From positions 1 through 32,657 of the forward strand of contig QMXD01000004.1 of the NCBI GenBank assembly GCA_003661965.1: a stretch of 32,657 nucleotides of DNA, read 5' to 3'. The position numbers were made by a program, and so were the translations under genes. This document shows, one piece after another, positions 10,560 to 18,831 of this stretch; positions within the stretch are counted from its first letter, which is position 1, and each line of letters starts with the position of its first letter. This DNA comes from Candidatus Hecatellales archaeon. Its GTDB lineage: Archaea > Thermoproteota > Bathyarchaeia > Hecatellales > Hecatellaceae. The notes beneath the pieces are model-generated. The model saw nothing but the letters and a program-made list of their open reading frames with translations, was not told the DNA's origin and searched no databases.

Positions 10560-10599
10560 CCGTGAAACTGTTAAGTTTAGATTTTTTAGTCCTCAATTT

Positions 10600-10678
10600 T
10601 GGCGGGCTCGAGGGGATTTGAACCCCTGTTCTCCGGCTCCGAAGGCCGGTGCGTTTGTCCTGGCTACGCTACGAGCCC
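10600..10678 (-). tRNA. tRNA-Arg(TCG), no intron, CCA encoded
   Basis: Cloverleaf: acceptor GGGCTCG/CGAGCCC, D stem GCGT/ACGC, anticodon arm CCGGC-CTTCGGA-GCCGG, T arm AGGGG-TTCAAAT-CCCCT, 3' GCCA. Confidence 0.97.
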
Positions 10679-10742
10679 CCTTTCTTCTAAAAGATTTATT
10701 TACCTCTTCTGGTTATAGGATTTTCTAGCTTAGAGTAATCTT

Positions 10743-10766
10743 TAAACTTAGATTTGTCTAAGTTTA
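10743..10766. promoter_or_regulatory. Perfect inverted repeat, candidate operator
   Basis: TAAACTTAGA-tttg-TCTAAGTTTA overlaps a TTTAAA TATA-like box upstream of the HTH-PRTase gene. Confidence 0.45.
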
Positions 10767-10778
10767 GAGTATTCTTGG

Positions 10779-11534
10779 GTGGAGTTTGGGATGGAAACTC
10801 ATAGTAGGGATTTGGAGTTTAGGCTTATGACGATTAAGCTTTTAAACACGATTAAAAGGAAGCATACCTACCGTGAAATTTCTCAGTGGACTGGTTTACC
10901 TGTAACTGTTTTAAGCCGTTATGTTAAGGGTCATGTTCTTCCAACCTCTAAAAGGGCGAGGGAGATATGGGTTGCACTTCAAAAGGTTGCAGACCTTGAA
11001 ACAACCCTGCTTTCAAGGATTAAGTTTGATGAGATGGGTTATTTTGACAACACCCAGATAGTTTATGATATTCCTCTTCTACGTTTAGCAACCCAACATG
11101 TTGTTTCAAAGTTTGCTGGGAGAAGGATAAACAAAATTTTAACTGCTGCTGTGGATGGGATACCCTTAGCCACCCTTATAGCAAACTCTCTTGATGTGGA
11201 TTTGGTTGTTGCTAAAAAGGCTAAGGAGGTTGGTGTTAAAGAGTATATTGAGGAAAGCTATATTCCACCTGATTCAGGTGTAATCGTAACCTTTTATGTG
11301 CCTAAGGATTCGCTTAAAAGAGGGGATAGTGTTCTTATAGTTGATGATGTTGTTAGGACGGGGGAAACACAGGAAGCCTTAATCCATCTTGTAAACAAGA
11401 TTAAGGCTGAGGTTGCAGGAATATTTGTTCTTGTGGCTGTAGGCTCAGACTGGAAGAGTAGGTTAAGTATCCCTCCAAACTGTCCTGTTGAAGCTTTAGC
11501 GGTTATAGAAAAGGTTCCAAGCGAAAAAACCTAG
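10779..11534 (+). CDS. HTH plus type I phosphoribosyltransferase (archaeal Apt/PurR-like)
   Basis: N-terminal HTH (TYREISQWTGLPVTVLSRYVKGHVLP) and PRPP-binding motif VLIVDDVVRTGET. Start may be ATG at 10791. Confidence 0.85.
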   Translation: MEFGMETHSRDLEFRLMTIKLLNTIKRKHTYREISQWTGLPVTVLSRYVKGHVLPTSKRAREIWVALQKVADLETTLLSRIKFDEMGYFDNTQIVYDIPLLRLATQHVVSKFAGRRINKILTAAVDGIPLATLIANSLDVDLVVAKKAKEVGVKEYIEESYIPPDSGVIVTFYVPKDSLKRGDSVLIVDDVVRTGETQEALIHLVNKIKAEVAGIFVLVAVGSDWKSRLSIPPNCPVEALAVIEKVPSEKT

Positions 11535-12553
11535 CCTAAAATTTTTTCTAGGTCTTCTGGTGTTGGCTTAACAATCCCCTTTTCAGTTATTATCCCGGTT
11601 ACAAGTTCTGGTGGGGTTATGTCAAAGGCTGGATTATAAACTTTAATGTTTTTTGGGGCTATCCTACAACCACAAAAGCTTAAGATTTCCTCTGGTTTTC
11701 TTTCCTCGATAACAACCTCTTCAACTCTGCTTTTTCTGTCTATGGTTGAGGTTGGAGCAGCAACATAAAACGGTATCCTATGATGTTTGGCTAAAACAGC
11801 TATAGAGTAGGTTCCAATCTTGTTTATTACATGTCCAGACATTAGGATTCTGTCAGCCCCAACAACAACCTTATCCACCATACCCTTCTGCATAACCCAT
11901 CCAACCATATTGTCTGTGATAAGGGTAAACGGAATCCTCTCCCTTTTAAGCTCAAAAGCTGTAAGTCTTGCACCCTGAAGAAGAGGTCTTGTTTCTGTTG
12001 CTACAACCTGAATTTTTTTACCTTGTCTAAAAGCAGCCTTAATAACACCTAAAGCCGTCCCATATTGGACTGTTGCAAGGTCTCCTGCGTTACAATGGGT
12101 TAAAACCTTGTCACCGTCAAAAATAAGCTCAGCACCCTTAAGACTAAGTGTATAGTTTACCTTAGCATCAGCCTCAACAATTTCAAGACATTTTTTGATA
12201 ACAAAATCTTTAAACTCTTTAAAGGTTCCCTCAAACTTTTCAGCCTCACCAAGAACCAAATCTATAGAGTTAAAAAGGTTTACAGCTGTTGGACGTGTAG
12301 CCTTTATAAGCTTACCTGTTTTTTTAAGCTCCCTAAGCAAACCCTCCTTTGTTTTTGTTTTACTTTTGTAGGCTGTTTGGGCTAAGGCTAAGGCTGAAGC
12401 AGCACCAAGTAGGGGAGCACCCCTAATCCTCATCTCCTTTATTGCTTTTGCAACCTCTTTTGGTGTTTTAAGCTTTAGGTAAACAAGTTTTTTTGGAAGC
12501 TTTGTCTGGTCTACTGTTACAACCAAACCTTTCCTCCAAGAAATCGTTCTCAA
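11531..12553 (-). CDS. mtnA: S-methyl-5-thioribose-1-phosphate isomerase
   Basis: DQTKLP, IRGAP, TRPTAVNL, THCNAG, ETRPLLQGARLT and NKIGTY motifs. Confidence 0.92.
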   Translation of the reverse strand: MRTISWRKGLVVTVDQTKLPKKLVYLKLKTPKEVAKAIKEMRIRGAPLLGAASALALAQTAYKSKTKTKEGLLRELKKTGKLIKATRPTAVNLFNSIDLVLGEAEKFEGTFKEFKDFVIKKCLEIVEADAKVNYTLSLKGAELIFDGDKVLTHCNAGDLATVQYGTALGVIKAAFRQGKKIQVVATETRPLLQGARLTAFELKRERIPFTLITDNMVGWVMQKGMVDKVVVGADRILMSGHVINKIGTYSIAVLAKHHRIPFYVAAPTSTIDRKSRVEEVVIEERKPEEILSFCGCRIAPKNIKVYNPAFDITPPELVTGIITEKGIVKPTPEDLEKILG

Positions 12554-12638
12554 AACTTTTCTTCCTCCATATAGGTTTTATATTTGTCTCAACATGTATA
12601 GCTTCAGATAGCATAGCATATATAACGATTGTTTACGG

Positions 12639-13178
12639 TTGGCTGGGTTGGAAAAAAAACCTTTAAAAGGACTGCTTACAAACGGAAAGGTTTACGTTAA
12701 AAAAGATGAGTCTGGTGTAGAGGTTTTGCTTGAAAAGGGTTATGGTGAAAAGCTTAATGGGGAAGTGGAGTTTTCACCATGGGAAACACTGTATCTGGTT
12801 GGTGAGGGTTGGCTTGAGGTTTTTGATGAAAAAACAGGTGAAAAGCTTGGTTTTGAAAAGCTTGTTGAAATTTTTTCACGTGAGGATAGGTCTGTCTGGT
12901 CAAAATATCTGGTTTATAGGGATTTACGTTCTAGGGGTTATGTGGTGAAAAAGGGTTTTGGTCAAGGTGTAGATTTTAGGGTTTATGAACGTGGAGCCTA
13001 CGGTAAAGAGGCTGCAAAAATTCTTGTTTACAGCGTTTTTGAGGGTGAACCTATACCAATAAAAAACCTTATCAGCCTTCTTGACAGCGCAAGAAACATG
13101 AAAAAAGATGTTGTTATAGGGGTTATAGAAAGAAGAGGTGAAGTTGTCTATTATGCTCTTTCAACCTTCAACCTTTAA
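12639..13178 (+). CDS. endA: tRNA-intron (splicing) endonuclease subunit, probably the structural beta-type subunit
   Basis: ETLYL, YLVYRDLRSRGYVV, DFRVYERG and GEVVYY motifs. The protein contains no His, so the catalytic His is absent. Confidence 0.85.
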   Translation: MAGLEKKPLKGLLTNGKVYVKKDESGVEVLLEKGYGEKLNGEVEFSPWETLYLVGEGWLEVFDEKTGEKLGFEKLVEIFSREDRSVWSKYLVYRDLRSRGYVVKKGFGQGVDFRVYERGAYGKEAAKILVYSVFEGEPIPIKNLISLLDSARNMKKDVVIGVIERRGEVVYYALSTFNL

Positions 13179-13185
13179 CCTTACC

Positions 13186-13938
13186 CTACATAAAAAAACG
13201 GTAGATACATTCGGTTGAAGACTCTAGGTTTAACGGTGGATAACGTTCCAACCTAATCTTTTTGTTAAGAGTTTTAAGGATAGCACACATAAGAGGAAAA
13301 CATTTTTTCTCACACAACCTCCTATCAAAAGATTCACAGCTTCTTAAAATAGGACATTTAACCTTCATCTCAAGTTTTTCAGCCTCAAGCTTAAACGTAA
13401 CAAACTCTTTTAGGTTTACCGTCGTAAAAGAGTTAACGGTCTCCATTAGGTTTAGAAAAAACGTTTTTAAATCTTCAAGACTGCCAACACGTATTTTTTG
13501 TTTTTTAAGGTATCCTTTAACAAAAAGTTTAAGAAAAAATTTTTCGCTAAGGGTTCTCCAATCTGTTAGGCTTAAGGGAATTTTTATGTTTGGATGTAAA
13601 CATTCAAGGGGTGTAGGATTCTTCTGTTCAAAGCCTATCGTATGTTTTCTTAAAAAACTGTTAAGCCAAGAATGTGCAGGATAACTTGGTGTGATTAAAT
13701 GTTCAAGATAAACCCATCTAGGCTCAATTTCAGCCTTAACCCTCCCATCAGAATAAACACGAACATGGATTTGCCATATCCTGTTAAGGTTTTTAGCAAG
13801 CCCAAAAACCTGGTTTTCCTCAACTATTTGGGGTGTATCCCTAAACCCTTCCCCACGAAGAACCTCCTCAAACCTTTTTATCTCCTCAACCCTAACCCTA
13901 AAACATTCACAACAGGTTTTTTTACCCAAAAACCACAC
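13186..13938 (-). CDS. Hypothetical two-domain protein with a Cys-containing C-terminal domain
   Basis: 250-aa ORF following hisS on the same strand. C-terminal CP...C...C...ECIYRF pattern loosely resembles V4R-fold domains. Confidence 0.6.
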   Translation of the reverse strand: MWFLGKKTCCECFRVRVEEIKRFEEVLRGEGFRDTPQIVEENQVFGLAKNLNRIWQIHVRVYSDGRVKAEIEPRWVYLEHLITPSYPAHSWLNSFLRKHTIGFEQKNPTPLECLHPNIKIPLSLTDWRTLSEKFFLKLFVKGYLKKQKIRVGSLEDLKTFFLNLMETVNSFTTVNLKEFVTFKLEAEKLEMKVKCPILRSCESFDRRLCEKKCFPLMCAILKTLNKKIRLERYPPLNLESSTECIYRFFM

Positions 13939-13989
13939 CCTTTAGCTAGGTTAAAACACATATTTTATCCATGTTAATAAGCTTATTCC

Positions 13990-15306
13990 TCACCCTTTTT
14001 TCAGCCTAGAAACAAAAAAATCTTTAAGCTTACCGATTAAAACCTCCTCCTCAAACTTTTTTTCCATATCCCTAACCTTAACCTTCCCCTCAGCAAGCTC
14101 ACGCTCCCCAACTATCAAAACATAGGGGAAACCAAGCCTATCAGCATACTCCAACTGTCTTGTAAGTGAACGGTTTCTTAGGTCAAAGTCTGCTGGTATC
14201 CCCCAAGACCTAAGCCTTTCAACAAGCTCAAGAGTTTTAACATGAACCCTCCTATTTGCTGAGGCTACAAAAACCCCCATTAAAGGTTTAGGTTTCTCCA
14301 AAACCCCGTTTTTTTCTAGGGTAAGCATAAGTCTTTCAATACCTCCAGCAACACCTGTGGCTGGAAGGTCTCTACCAAAAATTTTGCATAGTTTATCGTA
14401 ACGTCCACCAGCAACTATAGCCCCAACCTCCTTTGCAACCCTATCATAAACCTCAAAAACAACACCATCATAATAGCCTATCCCACGAACAATACTAGCA
14501 TCAAAAAAACATTCCTCAATCTTTTTGAATGCTTTTAGGCTTTCCATAAGCTTTTCAAGCTCCCCTAAACCAAGCAAAAACTTCTCGTTTTTTATTTGGT
14601 AGTTTAGGATAGTCGACAAAACCTTTTCATATTCACCGCTAACAGAAACAAAACCTAAAATTTTTTCTGTTTGTTGACTGTTTAACCCAAGCTTATCAAG
14701 CTCACCAATAAAATCTTCTTTTGAAATCTTCCTATACTTGTCGATTATTCTTAGAACAGCCTCAACCTTCTCACCTACAATGTTTAGGCTGTTTAGAAAA
14801 CCTTCAACAAGCTTTCTACTACTTATCCTAACCTCAAAACTTTTTAAACCAACATTTTTAAGAACATCAACAGTTAAAGAAATTATTTCAGCATCAGCAT
14901 CAGCCTCAACACTTCCAAAAATTTCCGCATCCCACTGGTAAAAACACCTATACCTACCAAACTGAGGCTCATCATACCTCCACATATTCGAAATTGCAGC
15001 CAGCTTAACTGGAAGGGTTAGGTCAGGTCTGCTTGCAACCATCCTTGCCAAACCAACTGTTAAATCAAACCTTAAACCAAGCTTTCTTCCAGCCTTATCC
15101 TCAAACCAGTAAATTTCATCTTTTATTGATGGACCACATTTAGCCTCTAAGGTTTCAAGGTTTTCGATTGGGGAGGGTTCAACAAGCCTAAAACCGTATC
15201 TTTCAAGAATCTCCATAATTTTTTTGTTGATTTGTAGACGTTGAGCCATTTCTTCAACTCCAATATCCCTCATTCCCCTAGGCAAAGGAAACCCTTTTAA
15301 AGCCAA
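13990..15306 (-). CDS. hisS: Histidyl-tRNA synthetase
   Basis: PRGMRD, LRFDLT, WRYDEPQFGRYRCFYQ, RGIGYY and AGGRYD motifs. Likely start is TTG at 15306. Confidence 0.97.
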   Translation of the reverse strand: MALKGFPLPRGMRDIGVEEMAQRLQINKKIMEILERYGFRLVEPSPIENLETLEAKCGPSIKDEIYWFEDKAGRKLGLRFDLTVGLARMVASRPDLTLPVKLAAISNMWRYDEPQFGRYRCFYQWDAEIFGSVEADADAEIISLTVDVLKNVGLKSFEVRISSRKLVEGFLNSLNIVGEKVEAVLRIIDKYRKISKEDFIGELDKLGLNSQQTEKILGFVSVSGEYEKVLSTILNYQIKNEKFLLGLGELEKLMESLKAFKKIEECFFDASIVRGIGYYDGVVFEVYDRVAKEVGAIVAGGRYDKLCKIFGRDLPATGVAGGIERLMLTLEKNGVLEKPKPLMGVFVASANRRVHVKTLELVERLRSWGIPADFDLRNRSLTRQLEYADRLGFPYVLIVGERELAEGKVKVRDMEKKFEEEVLIGKLKDFFVSRLKKG

Positions 15307-15423
15307 AAACCATCCACCAGCTAACAAAATTCTTAAACTTTTATCCTACCTAAACTTTAATTTTATGGAAACTATTTAACCTTCTGTAAAGGATAAAGGT
15401 TTCTGTTTGTGGGGTAATAAAGG

Positions 15424-15615
15424 GTGGTTGAAAAACATCGCCACTGTATTGTTTGTGGGTTACCTATAAGCCCAGAAAAAGACCCACCAGTCTGCAGTAA
15501 AAAATGTGAGTTTCTTTTAAGGAGAAAGGAGAGAAGAGAAAGAATTTTTTGGGGTCTAGCTATGGTTCCCCTAATAGTTCTAATGGTTTTACTGCTTTTC
15601 CTAGGTAAAACCTAA
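15424..15615 (+). CDS. DUF2116-family Zn-ribbon membrane protein
   Basis: HRHCIVCGLPI...CSKKC followed by a C-terminal TM helix. Confidence 0.8.
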   Translation: MVEKHRHCIVCGLPISPEKDPPVCSKKCEFLLRRKERRERIFWGLAMVPLIVLMVLLLFLGKT

Positions 15616-16739
15616 AACTCCGGAAAACCCTTTTTCTTCCACCTCTCCAAAAAACTTTTTAACTCTTTAAAGGTCTTAAAAACCCTTGTTGAATGTGCAA
15701 TAATCCATGGGCTTGGATTTTTTAGTTTACAAACAATAAACGTCGGCTTCCCCCTACTCCTAGCATAAAAAAGCTCCATACATGTTCCAGCAGAAACTTT
15801 TGGCATATATGCAACAAGAAAGTCACATCTAGCAATATCCTCCAAATCTCTCCTAACAAACCCTTTAACAGGAACCTTTTCCCACCAAGCCTCACCCCTA
15901 TAAGAATAAAAAACTTTTTCACGTTCCCATGGATCTAAAACCTCAAAACCCAAGCTTTTAAGCATTCTTCCAAGCCTACGCCTATAAAACTGTTTTTTCT
16001 CCATTCCTTGAATTGGACCTGAAAGAAAAACTTTTTTGCTGGTTTCCCTAAGCTTAAATAGGTCTGGCTTGTTTGTGACTATTCCATCAACACCAATCTT
16101 GGTTAGGTTTGTAGCCTCTTTTAAACTGTCAACAGTCCAAACATAAACCTTTAAACCTTTACCATGTGCCTCTTCAACCATCCTAGAATCCACATACTTA
16201 TATTCTGGGAAAATAAAGTCAGCCTTGCTTTTTAAGGCTAAACCACCAACATTTATGGGGTAACATCTAAAAATTATTCCTGTTTTAATTTTGCTGTTAA
16301 ACTCTTTAACCTTTTTTACGGTCTCATGAAAAAACGAGGTAACAATAACATCCTCAACAAAACCTTCATCCTCAAAAATTTTTGTAACCTTAGCCTCATA
16401 ACCAGGCTTTTTAAGTTCTACAACAAGTTTTGCTTTCCCTTTAACAGTATCAATAACCTCTTTAAGTGTTGGAATTTTTTCTCCAAGCCCAGCATCAAGC
16501 CTCCTTAATTCTTCCAAAGTTTTTTCTTCAACATAGCCACTCCCATCGGTTGTTCTGTCAACAGTTTCATCATGGATAACAACAAAAAAACCGTCTTTGC
16601 TTAGTCTAACATCAACCTCAACCATGTCAGCCTTAAGCTCTAAAGCTTTTCTTATAGCCCTTAAAGTGTTTTCAGGCTCGTAGAAGCTTGCACCCCTATG
16701 AGCAACAATTTTAACCTTATCTTCCAACATTGCAACCAT
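15612..16739 (-). CDS. Glycerophosphodiester phosphodiesterase fused to a nucleoside 2'-deoxyribosyltransferase-like domain
   Basis: AHRGAS, PENT, EVDV, IHD, VWTV and GIVTN GDPD motifs. C-terminal VFLSGP...DLEDIARCD...SAGTCMELFYA is NDT/Rcl-like. Confidence 0.85.
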   Translation of the reverse strand: MVAMLEDKVKIVAHRGASFYEPENTLRAIRKALELKADMVEVDVRLSKDGFFVVIHDETVDRTTDGSGYVEEKTLEELRRLDAGLGEKIPTLKEVIDTVKGKAKLVVELKKPGYEAKVTKIFEDEGFVEDVIVTSFFHETVKKVKEFNSKIKTGIIFRCYPINVGGLALKSKADFIFPEYKYVDSRMVEEAHGKGLKVYVWTVDSLKEATNLTKIGVDGIVTNKPDLFKLRETSKKVFLSGPIQGMEKKQFYRRRLGRMLKSLGFEVLDPWEREKVFYSYRGEAWWEKVPVKGFVRRDLEDIARCDFLVAYMPKVSAGTCMELFYARSRGKPTFIVCKLKNPSPWIIAHSTRVFKTFKELKSFLERWKKKGFPEF

Positions 16740-16794
16740 AAATTAGTTTTGTAGAACCTCTATTTTTCTTTGTTTAAACATAAATAGGTTATGT

Positions 16795-17322
16795 TTAGGG
16801 GAGAAGAAGCCTAACCAGTTTTTCAGGTAGGTTATCCCGATTTTTAAACGTTACCTCAAAAATTTTTACGTTAGGATTCTTTTTTATCGAGTCTATTAGG
16901 GTGTCTCTAGCCCTATAATGAACCGTTCCAAGCAGAGGTTTTATGTTGTCTAGGGCGGTTTTAACTGTCTCCCTAAACTCGTTTGAAAAAAGCTCCATAG
17001 GTCCAACCTCATCAACCACAACAACATCAGCCTCCCTTAAAGCCCTTCTAATAGCTTCAACCCCAACCTCAACCAAATCTTTAAGATTAACAACATATTT
17101 TCCAAGTTTAGGACCAGAACCTTGAAGAGTTGCCAAAAAACCTTTTTTGCCTGTTAAAACATCTATAACCTCAAAACCAATTCTTTTTCCCTCTTTTCTA
17201 ACCTCAAAGGTTAACATTCCACCAACAACCATACCCCTATCCTTTAAAGCTGAAACAACCCTTTTTATAACGGTTGTTTTACCTACCCCCGGAACCCCTG
17301 TTAAAAAAACCTTTTTAACCAT
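16795..17322 (-). CDS. THEP1/NTPase_1-family nucleoside-triphosphatase
   Basis: LTGVPGVGKTT, RIGF, GKYVV and VVDEVGPME motifs. Confidence 0.93.
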   Translation of the reverse strand: MVKKVFLTGVPGVGKTTVIKRVVSALKDRGMVVGGMLTFEVRKEGKRIGFEVIDVLTGKKGFLATLQGSGPKLGKYVVNLKDLVEVGVEAIRRALREADVVVVDEVGPMELFSNEFRETVKTALDNIKPLLGTVHYRARDTLIDSIKKNPNVKIFEVTFKNRDNLPEKLVRLLLP

Positions 17323-17350
17323 TGTCGGCTTCTCCCAGCCAAATTAAAGG

Positions 17351-18480
17351 TTAAAGCCTACTAATCCTTTCAACCATTTTTTCTTTACCCTTAAAATATG
17401 CACGTACAGGTTCAAGCATTTTTGTTAGGGTTTCTACAACACTGTTTTTTAGGTCTAGGGGGTGAATTTTCCCTTCAACATAGCTTTTTTCAAGTTCCTC
17501 GTAGCTTGAAAACTCTACAGAGCCACCGTATTTTGCTTCCCTTTCAATAAGAAAGCTTTTTTCCCTAGCAAAAACCACATATTTTACTATTTCTAGTATA
17601 GGGTTTCCCTCAGCCTGTCTTGGTGGACAATATGCTCCAAGAATTTTGCTTTTTATATCCTCTGGAGAATCATGGATAAATATACATCCTTTAGGCTTAC
17701 TTTTAGACATCTTAGTTCCAATCTGAAGGCTAAGCCTCTCATTCTCATCATAGTGGGCTTCAGTTTTCTCGGAAAAACCAGCTAAACCAAGCAAAAGATG
17801 GCTGTGGAGACAAACAGGCTTCTTAACCGAAAGCTTTTCCGCTGTATCCCTAGCCAACATATGGGCTTTACGTTGATCCATCCCTGCACATGCACAGTCA
17901 ACCTCCAACATAAAAATGTCCGCCACCTGCATACATGGGTAGAATAGGTAGGCTGTTTCAACATCTGTTGGTTTTAGTTCTCTTCCCATGATTGGGAGGC
18001 ATCGGATAACCCTTGGAAGGTTTGATTTTTTAGCAACTCTTACGACGGTTTCCCAGTATCCATCCTTTTTTACAAGGTCTGAAGCCCAAACATATTTGAC
18101 TTTGTCTTTTGTTAAGCCTATAGAGGAGAAGGCTTCAATAAAGTATTCTCCACAATCTCTTATGGTTTGCATATCTCCCCCAAACTTGTTGTTTATCCAT
18201 GCATGCCAATCAGCTAAAAGAATTGTAAAGTCAAATCCAGCTTCAACCATATCTAAAATCTTGTAGCCACATACAAGCCCAGTTCCTATATGCATTATTC
18301 TGGGTGGTGAACCCTTCTTATTCCAGCCGAAATTTAAGGGTTCAACCACTATCCAGAAGGCTCAAAACCCCAGTAGGCTTTAGGTTTAGCCTCACACTCT
18401 AAAAGGTTTTTTAGCTCCTCATAGGTTATAATCTCCTCCAAGTTTCTTTTAACAAGCTCCAACTTTTCCTCCAAATCCAA
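17351..18480 (-). CDS. tyrS: Tyrosyl-tRNA synthetase, split into exon 1 (18480-18351) and exon 2 (18297-17351)
   Basis: Exon 1 (TTG at 18480, SD GGAGG at 18495-18491) encodes MDLEEKLELVKRNLEEIIT...AYWGFEPSG. Exon 2 encodes MHIG, LADWHAWIN, YPCMQVAD, GMDQRKAH and KMSKS. Joined length is 1077 nt, or 358 aa plus stop. Confidence 0.93.
18298..18350 (-). other. 53-nt bulge-helix-bulge (BHB) intron in tyrS pre-mRNA (candidate)
   Basis: Central helix CUGG/CCAG, 3-nt bulges AUA and AAU on opposite strands, intron stem GUGG(U)UGAACCCUU/AAGGGUUCACCAC. Cuts at AU^A and AA^U join to TCT GGA TTA ATG CAT (SGLMH). Confidence 0.88.
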
Positions 18481-18574
18481 AAAACATCATCCTCCATACC
18501 GTTAATCTTTCAACAACCTAACAAAAAACTTAGGTTAAATCTAGGTTTAAACTTTATTTTACGGTTTTAGGGGG

Positions 18575-18786
18575 GGTTGTCGCCCGAATAACTAACACTT
18601 AGCTTCACTGTTGAGCTTTACGCTCACCTCTGCTAAGCTCTCTCGTATCGGGCTTTTCTCCCCTTCCTACCGCCACCCCTCCCAATGTCCCACGGCTGGG
18701 TTTATCCGCCCTCATCGATAGCGCCCATTTCGAGTGGACGCTTCCTAGGTTGGACTCCGCTCCGCGGATTAAGGGGGAGGGGTGGT
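18575..18786 (-). ncRNA. GC-rich structured RNA, probably a two-hairpin H/ACA pseudouridylation guide
   Basis: Hairpin 1 (18768-18686): UCCGCGG/CCGUGGG then ACA. Hairpin 2 (18653-18578): GCCCGA/UCGGGC then gACA. Each has an internal pocket and a K-turn-like tandem GA element. An outer 11-bp helix CCACCCCUCCC/GGGAGGGGUGG is also present. Confidence 0.7.
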
Positions 18787-18831
18787 TTCAGCAAGAAAAA
18801 TGCAGTAAGCCTATGCTCTTAAGCTTTTTGG

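Noticed and set aside
9700-10600. Integrated element at the tRNA-Arg 3' end
   Set aside because: No duplicated tRNA 3' end (att site) or integrase seen in the window.
17351-18349. TyrRS starting at GTG 18349 (MVEPLNFGW...) as in the ORF track
   Set aside because: It lacks the conserved N-terminus and GFEPSG; the first 17 codons lie inside the predicted intron.
18298-18350. tyrS break as a sequencing frameshift or MITE insertion
   Set aside because: A one-base fix would leave about 18 foreign residues in the active-site motif. There is no clear target-site duplication beyond GA, and BHB geometry alone predicts the correct junction.
18575-18786. RNase P RNA, SRP RNA or T-box riboswitch
   Set aside because: No GAGGAA-type P4 signature and no SRP helix-8 GGAA motif. 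A TAC triplet, AGAGA and GGGTGG occur, but not in T-box order and with no antiterminator. H/ACA fits better.
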